Of a stretch of 64,000 nt of DNA, positions 9,249-20,052 are shown in pieces; the first letter of the stretch is position 1; each line of letters starts with the position of its first letter. The notes below the pieces were generated by a model, which saw only the letters and a program-made list of their open reading frames with translations, did no database searches and was not told the DNA's origin. The stretch is taken from positions 54,426-118,425 of the forward strand of contig CAVZMJ010000015.1 in assembly GCA_963776315.1 (NCBI GenBank), written 5' to 3'. Position numbers and translations under genes: made by a program. Origin of the DNA: an uncultured Acidobacteriota bacterium (GTDB lineage: Bacteria > Acidobacteriota > Vicinamibacteria > Vicinamibacterales > 2-12-FULL-66-21).

Positions 9249-11039
9249 ATGAAGCCCACCAACGTCAGCGACCCCAACTACTACCACCGCGTAGTGGACT
9301 GTCAATGGGCGTGTCCCGCGCACACGAACGTGCCGGAATACATCCGACTCATCGCGCAAGGGAAGTTCACCGAGGCCTACCTGCTCAATCGGGAGTCCAA
9401 CGTGTTTCCGGGCATCCTGGGGCGCACGTGCGACCGGCCGTGCGAACCGGCCTGCCGCCGCACGCGCGTCGACGGAAAACCGGTCGCCATCTGCCGCTTG
9501 AAGCGCGTCGCGGCGGACAATCGCGACGAGGTGAAGCACCTGCTGCCGACTGCGCCGGCAGTCACGAACGGCAAGAAGATCGGGCTCATCGGCGCCGGTC
9601 CGGCGTCGCTCACGGTGGCCAACGACCTCACGCCGCTCGGCTACGAGGTGACGATTCTCGAGAAGTTGCCCCGGCCCGGCGGGCTGATGCGGATCAACAT
9701 CCCGGCGTTCCGGCTCCCCGAGCAGGTCCTCGACGAAGAGATCGGCTACATCGTCGACATGGGGGTCGAGGTTCGCTACAACTCGCCGGTGAACAGCCTC
9801 AAGGCGCTGCTCGACAGCGGCGAGTTCGATGCGGTGTTTGTCGGGAGCGGCGCGCCCAAGGGCAAAGAGCTCGACATTCCGGGGCGGCACGACACCAATC
9901 AAATCTTCATCGGCATCGAGTGGCTCGAGTCGATTCACTTCGGCCACGTCGAGTCGGTCGGCAAGCGCGTGCTGATCATCGGGGTCGGCAACACGGCGAT
10001 GGACTGCTGCCGGTCGTCGAAGCGGCTCGGCGCGACCGACGTCAAGGTCATCGCGCGCAAGACGCGGAAGTACTTCAAGGCTTCGCCGTGGGAGCTCGAG
10101 GACGCCGAGGAAGAAGGCGTCGAGATCATCGAGAACCTGCAGCCGGTGCGCTTCATCATCGAGAACGGCGTCCTGATCGGGATGGAGTTCGACAAGTTCC
10201 GGTCGGTGGAAACGGCGAAGGGGCTGCAGCAGGAGATCATCGGGCGGGAGATTCTTCCGTGCGACTCGGTCGTGCTCGCCATCGGGCAGGACAATGCGTT
10301 TCCCTTCATCGAGCGCGAGATCGGGCTGGAGTTCGGCAAGTGGGATATGCCGGTCGTCGACAAGACGACCTTCATGTCGACGCGTCCGGGCGTGTTCTTC
10401 GGCGGTGACGCGGCGTTCGGTCCGGCGAACATCATCTGGGCCGTCGAGCACGGGCACCAGGCGGCCATATCCATCCACAACTACTGTCAGGGCATTCCGC
10501 TGACCGAACGCCCGGCGCAGGGGATGACGCTCGCCAGCACGAAGATGGGCCTGCACGAGTGGGCCTACAGCAACAACTACAACTCCGCCCAGCGCCAGAA
10601 GATGATGCACGTGGAGCTGCCGGTCCGGTTCGCGAGCATGTCGACCGAGGTGGAGAAGGGGTTCACCGCCGAGCAGACGCGCGCCGAGGTCGAGCGGTGC
10701 CTGAACTGCGACATGGAGACGCATTTCATCGACTCGCTGTGCATCGAGTGCGACGCGTGCATCGATATCTGCCCGGTCGATTGCCTGACGATCACGCCGA
10801 ATGCCGACGAGCCCGATCTGCGCGCGCGGTTTGCCGCCCCGGCCGAGAACCTCGATCAGCCGCTCTTTGTCTCGGGCCAACTGAAGCAAACCGGACGCGT
10901 CATGCTCAAGGACGAGAACGTCTGCCTGCACTGCGGGCTGTGCGCCGAGCGGTGCCCGACCTACGCGTGGGACATGCGCAAGTTCATGCTGCAGATTCCG
11001 TATGCCGGCGCGACGGTGATTCCGCTCATGGCGGTGTGA
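9249..11039 (+). CDS. GltD-like FAD/NADPH oxidoreductase with C-terminal 2x[4Fe-4S] domain (KorC/DsrL-like)
   Basis: CQWACP, GRTCDRPCEPAC, GAGPAS, GVGNTAMD, CIECDACIDICP, CLHCGLCAERCP. Confidence 0.9.
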   Translation: MKPTNVSDPNYYHRVVDCQWACPAHTNVPEYIRLIAQGKFTEAYLLNRESNVFPGILGRTCDRPCEPACRRTRVDGKPVAICRLKRVAADNRDEVKHLLPTAPAVTNGKKIGLIGAGPASLTVANDLTPLGYEVTILEKLPRPGGLMRINIPAFRLPEQVLDEEIGYIVDMGVEVRYNSPVNSLKALLDSGEFDAVFVGSGAPKGKELDIPGRHDTNQIFIGIEWLESIHFGHVESVGKRVLIIGVGNTAMDCCRSSKRLGATDVKVIARKTRKYFKASPWELEDAEEEGVEIIENLQPVRFIIENGVLIGMEFDKFRSVETAKGLQQEIIGREILPCDSVVLAIGQDNAFPFIEREIGLEFGKWDMPVVDKTTFMSTRPGVFFGGDAAFGPANIIWAVEHGHQAAISIHNYCQGIPLTERPAQGMTLASTKMGLHEWAYSNNYNSAQRQKMMHVELPVRFASMSTEVEKGFTAEQTRAEVERCLNCDMETHFIDSLCIECDACIDICPVDCLTITPNADEPDLRARFAAPAENLDQPLFVSGQLKQTGRVMLKDENVCLHCGLCAERCPTYAWDMRKFMLQIPYAGATVIPLMAV

Positions 11040-11044
11040 CACGT

Positions 11045-11188
11045 CAGCTTCCAGCTGCCGGCTTCCAGCTTCCAGCCGCAGGGCATGCTGCTCTCTGGCT
11101 TCATCGGACGGCTAGGAGCAGGAGCTGGGGGCAGGCGATTGAGCTGAGAGCTGGAAGCGGGAAGCTGGGAGCTGGAAGCTGGGAGCCG
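11045..11188. repeat. Inverted heptamer-array hairpin (AGCTTCC / GGAAGCT) inside the operon
   Basis: About 4 units left and 6 or more right. Confidence 0.85.
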
Positions 11189-11198
11189 CCTTTTATCT

Positions 11199-12995
11199 AT
11201 GCCTCGAACCAACGAATTCGCGTTCAAGATCGCCACCGCCAACGGCACCGGATCGGCGTCGGCCAACGGCCTGATCATGCAGGCCATCTTCCGGATGGGC
11301 ATCCCCGTGACGGGGAAGAACGTGTTCCCGTCGAACATCCAGGGCCTGCCGACGTGGTACGAGATCCGCGTCGACAAGCACGGCTACACGGCGCGGACGC
11401 CGAACTTCGACCTGATGGTCGCGCTCAACCCCGCGACCTACCAGAAGGATGTCCAGGAGGTCCGGTCCGGCGGCTGGCTGCTCTACGATTCGACATGGCC
11501 GCTCGACCACCGCCTGGCGCGGCCGGACGTCACCTATCTGGGGATTCCGCTCGCCGAGCTGTGCAACACACAGTTCACGGGCCCGCGCGAGCGCATTTTG
11601 ATGAAGAACATCGCCTATGCCGGCGCGCTCGCGGCGCTTCTCGGCATGGACACCGAGATCATCCGGGCGCTCCTGACCGAGAAGTATTCGCGCAAGCCGG
11701 CGCTGATGGACTCGAACCGCCAGGCCGTCGACCTCGGTTACAACTACGCGCGCGAGCACTTCGCCTGTCCACTGCCGATCCGACTCGAGGCGATGGACAA
11801 GACGAAGGACTCGATCCTGATCGACGGCAACACGGCGTCGGGGCTCGGCTGCGTCTACGCCGGCGCGACGGTCGGCGCGTGGTATCCGATCACGCCTGCC
11901 ACGTCGCTGATGGAGGCGTTCACCACCTTCTGCCGCAAGTACCGGCGCGATCCGGAGTCGAAGAAGAACAAGTTCGCCATCCTGCAGGCCGAGGACGAGA
12001 TTGCCGCAATCGGCATGGTGATCGGCGCCAGCTGGGCGGGCGCGAGGGCCTTCACCTCGACGGCCGGGCCCGGCATCTCGCTGATGAACGAGTTCATCGG
12101 CCTGGCCTACTACGCCGAAGTGCCGGCGGTCATCTTCGACGTCCAGCGCGCCGGGCCGTCGACGGGCATGCCGACGCGCACGCAGCAGGGCGACCTCATG
12201 ATGTGCGCCTACGCGTCGCACGGCGACACCCGTCACATCTGCCTGTATCCGGCCGATCCGCGCGAAGCGTTCGAAACGGCGGCGATCGCCTTCGACCTCG
12301 CCGAGCGGTTCCAGACGCCGGTCTTCGTGTTGAGCGACCTCGATATCGGCATGAACGACTGGATGGTGCCCAAGCTCACCTGGGACGACAACTACCGGCC
12401 CGATCGCGGCAAGGTGCTCTCGGCCGAGGAGCTCGAACAGGCGAAGAGCTTCTCCCGCTATCTGGACGTCGACGGCGATGGCATTCCATATCGAACGCTG
12501 CCGGGCGTGCACCCCGCGGGCGCGTACTTCACGCGCGGCTCCGGGCACAATCGCTACGGCGCCTACACCGAGGACGCCGACGAGTACGTCGACGTGCTGG
12601 ATCGCATCGATCGTAAGATCCAGCGCGCGGCCCGGTTCGTGCCGGCCCCCATCGTACGCACCACGCCTGGAACGAAGCTCGGGCTGCTCACGATCGGCGG
12701 GTGTCACGCCGCCTGCACCGAGGCGCTCGACATCCTGGCGCGCGACGGCATCGCGGTCGACTACATGCGCGTGCGCGGCTTCCCGTTCGGCGACGAGGTT
12801 CGGGCGTTCCTCGACTCACACGACGTCACGTTCGTCGTCGAACAGAATCGCGACGCGCAGCTGCGCAGCCTGCTGATGCTCGAGACGAGCATCGATCCCG
12901 CGAAGCTGGAGTCGGTGCGCTACTACGGCGGGTTTCCGATGAGCGCGCACCACGTGATTTCCGGGGTCAAGGCCAAGCTGGAGAAAGCCGCATGA
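11199..12995 (+). CDS. korA: 2-oxoacid:acceptor oxidoreductase alpha subunit (gamma-alpha fusion)
   Basis: NGTGSASAN, WYPITPAT, QAEDEIAA, TAGPGISLM, QRAGPSTGMPT. Confidence 0.93.
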   Translation: MPRTNEFAFKIATANGTGSASANGLIMQAIFRMGIPVTGKNVFPSNIQGLPTWYEIRVDKHGYTARTPNFDLMVALNPATYQKDVQEVRSGGWLLYDSTWPLDHRLARPDVTYLGIPLAELCNTQFTGPRERILMKNIAYAGALAALLGMDTEIIRALLTEKYSRKPALMDSNRQAVDLGYNYAREHFACPLPIRLEAMDKTKDSILIDGNTASGLGCVYAGATVGAWYPITPATSLMEAFTTFCRKYRRDPESKKNKFAILQAEDEIAAIGMVIGASWAGARAFTSTAGPGISLMNEFIGLAYYAEVPAVIFDVQRAGPSTGMPTRTQQGDLMMCAYASHGDTRHICLYPADPREAFETAAIAFDLAERFQTPVFVLSDLDIGMNDWMVPKLTWDDNYRPDRGKVLSAEELEQAKSFSRYLDVDGDGIPYRTLPGVHPAGAYFTRGSGHNRYGAYTEDADEYVDVLDRIDRKIQRAARFVPAPIVRTTPGTKLGLLTIGGCHAACTEALDILARDGIAVDYMRVRGFPFGDEVRAFLDSHDVTFVVEQNRDAQLRSLLMLETSIDPAKLESVRYYGGFPMSAHHVISGVKAKLEKAA

Positions 12996-14047
12996 GCTAC
13001 ATCACCAAGCCCGCGCCGCGTCATCCGGCGCTGCAGAAGAACGCGCTCGGCCTGACCAGACGCGACTACGAGGGCGCAATCACCACGCTCTGCGCCGGGT
13101 GCGGGCACGATTCGATCACCGCCGCGATCACTCAGGCGTTCTGGGACCTCTCGATTTCTCCGTACAAAGTGGCGAAGCTCTCGGGAATCGGCTGCTCGTC
13201 GAAGACGCCCGCGTATTTCCTTCGCGAGGCGCACGGCCTGAACGGCGTCCACGGGAGGATGCCCGCGCTCGTCACCGGCGCCAACGCGGCCAACCGCGAT
13301 CTGATCTACATCGGCATCTCGGGCGACGGCGATTCGCTGTCGATCGGCCTCGGCCAGCTGTGCCATGCAATTCGCCGCAACGTGAACGTCCTCTACGTGC
13401 TCGAGAACAACGGCGTGTACGGCCTGACGAAAGGACAGTTCTCGGCCTCGGCCGATCCGGGCTCGCTCAGCAAGAAGGGCGAAGCCAACACCATGGGCGC
13501 CATCGACGGGTGTCTGCTGGCGCTCACGCTCGGCGCGACCTTCGTCGCGCGCAGCTTCTCGGGCGACAAGGGTCAGCTCGTGCCGATCCTCAAGGCCGGG
13601 CTTGCGCACAAGGGCTTCGCTTTTGTCGACGTCATCTCGCCGTGCGTGACCTTCAACGATCACGAGGGATCGACCAAGAGCTACGCCTACACGCGCGAGA
13701 AGAACGTCGAGGTGGTGCAGGCCGACTTCGTGCTGCCGACGGCAGCGATTACGACCGCCTACGACCCTGGCACCGTCAGTTCGGTCATGATGCACGACGG
13801 CAGCTGGGTGCGCCTGAGGAAGGTGTCGGAGGACTACGACCCGACCGATCGCGATCGGTCGTTCACCTACATTCGCGAGCGGCAGAAGGAAGGCGAGGTC
13901 GTCACGGGCCTCCTTTACATCTCACCGGATTCAAGCGACGTCCACGAACAGAACAACACGGTCGAGACGCCGCTCGCGCAGGTACCCTACGACCAGTTGT
14001 GCCCGGGGAGCGCTGAATTGGAGAAGCTCCAGCGGGGGTTCAGATAG
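12992..14047 (+). CDS. korB: 2-oxoacid:ferredoxin oxidoreductase beta subunit
   Basis: LCAGCGH, SGIGCSS, HGR, TPP motif GDGD...NNGVYGLTKGQFS; ATGA overlap with korA. Confidence 0.93.
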   Translation: MSYITKPAPRHPALQKNALGLTRRDYEGAITTLCAGCGHDSITAAITQAFWDLSISPYKVAKLSGIGCSSKTPAYFLREAHGLNGVHGRMPALVTGANAANRDLIYIGISGDGDSLSIGLGQLCHAIRRNVNVLYVLENNGVYGLTKGQFSASADPGSLSKKGEANTMGAIDGCLLALTLGATFVARSFSGDKGQLVPILKAGLAHKGFAFVDVISPCVTFNDHEGSTKSYAYTREKNVEVVQADFVLPTAAITTAYDPGTVSSVMMHDGSWVRLRKVSEDYDPTDRDRSFTYIRERQKEGEVVTGLLYISPDSSDVHEQNNTVETPLAQVPYDQLCPGSAELEKLQRGFR

Positions 14048-14123
14048 CTTCCAGCTGCCAGCTTCCAGCCAGATCTGGCCTGCTAGCGGGAAGCGGGAAG
14101 CTGGTAGCGGGAAGCTGGCAGTT
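14046..14123. repeat. Inverted heptamer-array hairpin (AGCTTCC / GGAAGCK) between convergent genes
   Basis: Seen directly; same unit as the 11045 element. Confidence 0.85.
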
Positions 14124-15062
14124 CTATTTCAACTCCTTCAGCACCACCTCGATATTGCTCTTGAGCCGCGCCGCCTGTGGCGCCGCATAGCCCGCATATT
14201 TCGCCGGCACCTTCCACGAGGCCGCGAGCGCGTCGGCTGCGGTGCCGGCCTTCTTCGCGTCCTTGACCGCCTGCAGGAAATCCCCGTTGAAGGCCGAGTA
14301 CTCCCGCAGTTCGGCGACGGTCATCTGCGTGCTGTGCCCGGTGATGATCGCCTCGATCTTCTCCTTGGTCGCGTAGTCGGCGGCCTTCGACAGGGTCTTC
14401 GGCATGTCCACGCCGCTCCCGCCGTTGAATCCGTCCAGGATCGGGATGTTCTTCCCAGAGAAGATGTCGCCCGCGTGCATGATCTTGAGCGCCGGGAAGA
14501 CGACCCAGGCGTCGCCGTTCGTGTGGCCGCGCCCGAAGTACCGCAGATCGATCCGGTCGTTGCCGCTGCCGATCGTCATCTTGTCCTTGAACGTCCGTTT
14601 CGGCAGGCCGCGGCCGCCGTTGGTCTCGAAGATCGTCGGCGTGGGCTTTTCCGGAGGGCCGCCAGGCGACACCATCTTCGCCATGTTGACCTTGGTGTTC
14701 TCCTGGGTGACGACGTCGACGGTGGCGGGGAACTCGACGTTGCCGCTCACGTGGTCGCCATGGGTGTGGGTGTTGATGATCGTCGTGACCGGCTTGTCGG
14801 TGAGCTCGCGGATCTTGTCGAGGATCGGTTGACCCCATCCCGGATTCTTCGTATCCACGACCACGACGCCGGTGGCGGTCACAAACACCGCCGTGTTGCC
14901 GCCCGATCCCGCGCCTTTCAGGACGAACAGGTTGTCCTTCAGTTTCTCGACCTCGAGGAGTTTCGCTGCCGGCTGCGCGGCGGCGGCCTGTTGATACGCC
15001 GACAGTGCCACCGACACCGAGCCCGCCGCAAGCAGAGCTCCCAACACGATCACTCGCTTCAT
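14124..15062 (-). CDS. Secreted MBL-fold metallo-hydrolase (cyclase-like)
   Basis: THTHGDH, GHTNGD, GD, GHS; signal peptide; SD GGAGG. Confidence 0.9.
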   Translation of the reverse strand: MKRVIVLGALLAAGSVSVALSAYQQAAAAQPAAKLLEVEKLKDNLFVLKGAGSGGNTAVFVTATGVVVVDTKNPGWGQPILDKIRELTDKPVTTIINTHTHGDHVSGNVEFPATVDVVTQENTKVNMAKMVSPGGPPEKPTPTIFETNGGRGLPKRTFKDKMTIGSGNDRIDLRYFGRGHTNGDAWVVFPALKIMHAGDIFSGKNIPILDGFNGGSGVDMPKTLSKAADYATKEKIEAIITGHSTQMTVAELREYSAFNGDFLQAVKDAKKAGTAADALAASWKVPAKYAGYAAPQAARLKSNIEVVLKELK

Positions 15063-15196
15063 GTTTGCCTGGCCTCCTGAACCACGTTCGCGCGATTATA
15101 GCTGCTGTCGGCGAAGCTCATCCATGCCGTCTCCTGCAACTGCGGAGGAGTTGCTCGTAGCATCCGGAAAACCGACACATAATTGAGGCCGTCATC

Positions 15197-17661
15197 ATGG
15201 AGAGCTTCTTCAAGGACCTCCGTCAATCGCTGCGAATGTTCTGGCAGAGCCGGGGGTTCACCGCCGCGGCGGTGGCGGCGCTCGCGCTCGGCATCGGCGC
15301 GAACACGGCAATCTTTTCGGTCGTCAACGCGGTGCTGCTCAAGCCGGTGCCGTTTCCGGACCCTGAAAGGCTCGTGCTGTTGCAGACGACCTCGCCGCAG
15401 GGGGTCAACGGCGGGGGGTCACCAGCGAAGCTCATGCACTACCGCGAACAGACGCAGGTCATTCGTGACGTGGCGGCGTTCAACACGGGGGTGGTCAACT
15501 ACACTGGCGGAGCGTTTCCCGAGCAGCTGCGTTCGGGCCGGGTGTCGGCGGACTTCTTCAAGGCTGTTTGGCACGCCGATCCTCAAGGGGCGCACGTTCA
15601 GCGCCGAAGAGGATCGCCCCGACGGCGACAAGGTCGTCGTGCTCAGCTACCAGGTCTGGACGCGCCGTTTCGACAGCGACCCCAACATCATCGGCAAGAC
15701 CATTTCGCTCAGCAGCAACCCGTATGTGGTCATCGGCGTCCTGGACCCGAGCGTCGATTTCGAGGAGCTCGTGCCCGACCCCGAGGTCTGGCTGGCGTTT
15801 CAGTTCGATCCGAACACGAAGGACCAGGGGCACTACTTCAGAGTGGCCGGCCGGCTGGCGCCGGGCGTGTCGCTCGAGCAGGCCAACGCGCGCCTGAAGC
15901 TCTCCTCGAGCGACTACACTCAGAAGTTCCCCAACGCCCTCGGCCAGAACACGGTGTTCGAAGCGGAGCCGCTTCGTGAGGCGCTCGTCAGCAACGTTCG
16001 CTCGTCGCTGCTGGTCCTCGTGGGCGCCGTCAGCTTCGTCTTGTTGATTGCCTGCGCCAACGTCGCCAACCTGCTGCTCGTCCGCGCGACCGGACGGCGG
16101 CGCGAAATCGCGGTGCGCGCGGCCATCGGCGCCGGCCGGGGTCGCATCATGCGGCAGCTGCTCACCGAGAGCGTTGTGCTGTCGCTCGCCGGTGGCGTCC
16201 TTGGCACGATACTCGGCATCATCGGCATTCGCGCGCTCCTTGCCGTCAACACGGCCGGCCTGCCGCGCATTGGCCAGGACGGCGGGCCCGTCGGCGTCGA
16301 CTGGCGGGTGTTGCTCTTTACTCTGGCGGTCTCGCTCGGTACCGGCATTCTCTTCGGCCTGATTCCAGCGATTCAGGGGTCGCGGGCCGATCTCAGCTCG
16401 ACGCTGAAGGAAAGCGCCGGGCGCTCCGGCACGGGGCTGCGCCAGAACAAGGCGCGGTCGGTGCTCGTTGTCCTCGAAGTCGCACTTGCCCTGATCCTGC
16501 TCGTCGGCTCGGCGCTCCTGATCCGCACGGCGGTGGCTCTCGGCCGGGTCGACCCGGGCTTCGACGCCAGCAACGTGCTGACGATGCGGATGTCGCTGAC
16601 CGGTCCGCGATTCCAAACGGCCGCGGGCGTCGAGCAGATGGTCCACGACGGCGTCGAACGGGTGCTGTCAGTGCCGGGCGTCGTCGCCGCCAGCGCCACA
16701 TGCTGCGTGCCGTTGACAGGGGGATATGGTCTGGGGTTCGTGATCGTTGGTCGACCGCTGCCCGCAGACGACCGCTCCCACGGCGGCGGCAATTGGGTTA
16801 CGATTTCGCCCGGCTACTTCGACGTCTTCAAGATTCCAATCAAGCGCGGTCGCGCATTCACCGACCGCGATACCAAAGCGGCACCGGGCGTCGTCATCAT
16901 TAACGAGACGCTGGCGCGAGAGCTCTGGAAAGACGCCGATCCGTTGACCGATCGCCTCGCAATCGGTCGCGCGATGCGCGAATTTGCCCAGGATCCTGAA
17001 CGCCAAATCATCGGCATCGTCGGCGACATTCGGAATGGTGGGCTTGAAAACGATCCCGGTCCCATGATGTACGTCCCGCAGGCACAGGTGCCCGATGCGG
17101 CCAACGCGCTCAACGTCAACCTGACACCAATCTCGTGGGTCGTCCGGACCGCAGGTCGAACCGAGGTCGGTCAGCGAGGCCGTGCAGGAGCAGCTGCGGC
17201 AGGCGAGCGGGCTTCCGGTGTCGAACGTGCGGACCATGAACGAAGTCGTGTCGCGGTCGACGTCCCGCCAGCAGTTCAACATGTGGCTGATGACCGTCTT
17301 CGGCGCCTGCGCGCTGCTGCTCGCGGCGATCGGCATCTACGGGCTGATGGCGTATTCGGTCGAGCAGCGCACGCAGGAGATCGGCATCAGGCTGGCGCTC
17401 GGCGCGCCGACCAGCACCGTCAAGAACATGATCGTCCGGCAGGGGATGCTGCTCGCGGTCATCGGCCTCGTGCTCGGCCTCGGCGCCGCGTTCGTCTTGT
17501 CACGATTCGTCGAGACGTTCCTCTTTCGCGTTCAGGCTCGGGATCCGATGGTCTTCATCGGCATGCCGATAGTGCTTGCCGCGGTCGCCTTCCTCGCGGT
17601 GTGGCTGCCGGCGCGCCGCGCCAGCCGCATCGATCCCATCATCGCGTTGCGCGCAGAGTGA
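15197..17661 (+). CDS. ADOP-type duplicated ABC permease (MacB-PCD/FtsX x2), frameshifts at ~15563 and ~17156
   Basis: [68 protein letters not shown] across three frames. Confidence 0.9.
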
Positions 17662-17663
17662 CG

Positions 17664-19923
17664 ATGTTCATGCAGAGCGTATTCAGCCGGATTGTCGTCC
17701 TGATCGTGTTCGTCGTGCTCGGAGCGGGTTCTGCGCGGGCCCAGTCAGGCGGCCCGCAAGTCCAGACGCGCCCGAGAATCGGGCTGGCGCTCGGGGGCGG
17801 CAGCGCCCGCGGCATCGCGCACGTCGGCGTGCTCGGAGTGGTTCGAGGAGCATCACATCCCGATCGATTTCATCGTCGGGACCAGCATGGGCGGCCTCGT
17901 CGCCGGCGCGTATGCGTCAGGCATGACGCCGGCCGAGATCAAGGAGCTCATGAAGACGGCGGACTGGGACCTGATGTTCCTGTCCGACTCTCCCTATAGA
18001 TACAAGACGTTCCGCCGCAAACAAGACAAGCGCGACTTTCCGTCACAGCTGGAATTCGGGCTCAAAGGCGGCGTGTCGTTGCCGGGTGCCCTCAACCCGG
18101 GGCAGCAGGTGGCCCTGATGCTCGATCGCATCGCCCTGCCATACGGCGACCTGCAGTCCTTCGACGATCTGCCGACTCCGTACCGCGCGGTGGCGACCGA
18201 CCTGCGCAAAGGCGAGGTCATCGTCCTCGGCCGGCCGCCGCTCGCGCGCGCGATGCGCGCGACGATGTCGATTCCAGGCGTGTTCGCGCCAGTGAACTGG
18301 GACGACTGGCTGCTCGTCGACGGAGGCGTGCTGAACAACGTTCCCGCCAACGTCGCGCGTGAGTTCGGCGTCGACATCGTGATTGCCGTCGATGTGGGGG
18401 CCGACGTCGGCGACGAAAAGAAGCAGACGGCGTCGTTGTTCGCGCTGCTGGGCAAGACCATCGACACGATGATGACCACCACCACCCGACGGTCGCTCGC
18501 GGCCGCGAACATCATCATCGACCCGGATTTGAAGGGTCTGTCGTCGACATCATGGCGACAGGCCGACGAGCTGACCGACCGCGGCTACAAGGCGGCGGCG
18601 GCGGTCGAGAGCAAGCTGCAGGCGTATGCGATCGGTTCGGAGGCGCACGCGGCCTTCCAGGCAGCCCGGGAGGCAAAGCGTCGCCGCGGGGCGGCAGTGC
18701 CGACCCAGCTCACCTTCCAGCCGCTCGGCACGCCCATCTCGCCGCGAGTCGAGGCCGAGATTCGCAAGGCGCTGAGTCCGGTGCTCAACAAGCCCGTGCA
18801 GCCAGACGAGATCGCGCGGCAGATCCTCGAAGTCACCGGAAGCGATCGCTTCGAGTACTTGACCTACGAGGTCACCGACCGTCCCACGCCAACGTCACTC
18901 CAGATTGGCGTGCGCCAGAAGACTTATGGCCCGCCGTTTCTGATGATCGGGTTGGACCTCAACAACATCGATTCGACGAACTTCGCCGTGAACCTGGCCG
19001 GCCGGGTGCTCCATTACGGCCTGCTGGGTGTGGGGTCGGAGACGAGGCTGAACTTCGTGCTGGGCACCACGCAGCTGTTGGGGGCCGAAGTCGTCAAGCC
19101 CATCGGGACCACGCCGATGTTCGTGGCACCGCGGGTCTACTTCGACCGGCGCGGCCGGAACCTGTATCAGGACGATATCTTCGTGGCCGAGTACCGTATC
19201 AGGCAGTTTGGTGCCGGCCTCGACATCGGGAGCGACTTCGGACGCAACTCCGAGGTGCGGCTCGGGTACGACATCACAGACTACAAGGGGCGACGGCGGG
19301 TCGGTGCCCCCGATCTGCCCGACGTCGATGGCAGCGAGCAGTATGCGCACCTGGACTTCGCGATTGACACGCAGACGAGCCCGCTGGTCCCAACCCGAGG
19401 CTTCCGCCTTCGCTCGACCCTCCGGCAGTACTTCGAGGCGCCAACCGCGAGCAGTACCCTGGACGACGTCGAGTTCGAGAGCCCGCAGTCGTTCACAAGC
19501 GGCGAGGTGAGGACTTCATGGTTCCGCCGCGTCCGAGGTGGCGGCGATCGCGTCTTCGTCATCGGCGAAGCGGGGAGCTCGTTCGGAGAAGATCCGCTCG
19601 TCAACGACTTTTCGCTCGGCGGTCCGCTGCGGCTCGGCTCGTTCAACAACGATCAGTTGCGAGGAGACAACTACCTGCTGTTCGGTGGCGGGTATCTGAG
19701 AGGCGTCGGCCGCATGCCGGACGTGCTCGGCGGCAGCATCTTTCTCGGCGCCTGGGTCGAAGGCGGGTCGGCGTTCAACGACTGGGACAACCAGGACTGG
19801 AAGAGCGACATCACCGGGGGAGCGATCCTCGAGACGCTGCTCGGGCCGGTATTCGTCGGCGGCAGCATCGGGTTCCAGGGCGGCGGCCGCTTCTACATCT
19901 CGCTAGGGCCGTTCTTCAAGTAG
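17664..19923 (+). CDS. Patatin-like phospholipase with C-terminal Omp85-like beta-barrel (PlpD/type Vd-like), frameshift at ~17836
   Basis: Signal peptide, GGGSARGIAHVGVL, GTSMG, DGG; beta-strand-rich C-terminus ending YISLGPFFK. Confidence 0.85.
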
Positions 19924-19945
19924 GCCGGAAGCGTCAAGACTTCAA

Positions 19946-20035
19946 TCACGAAGCGTCGCGAAGCTCACGATGTTCACGAAGCCCGACTGGTATTTCTTCC
20001 CGATCGTCGCGGTCTTCGACGTCTTCGCGATTGCG
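19946..20035. repeat. Inverted 9-mer array hairpin (CACGAWG.. / ..CTTCGNG) between convergent genes
   Basis: 4 units left, about 3 mirrored right. Confidence 0.7.
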
Positions 20036-20052
20036 TCGTCGTCCGTGCAGTA

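Noticed and set aside
5479-12707. Long antisense ORFs (5479-7764 +, 8646-11042 -, 11193-12707 -) and similar ones elsewhere
   Set aside because: Shadow ORFs of high-GC coding strands with no recognisable motifs
15183-17999. 938-aa permease-patatin fusion (likewise the 792-aa ORF at 45646-48024)
   Set aside because: Artefacts of frameshifts joining separate genes
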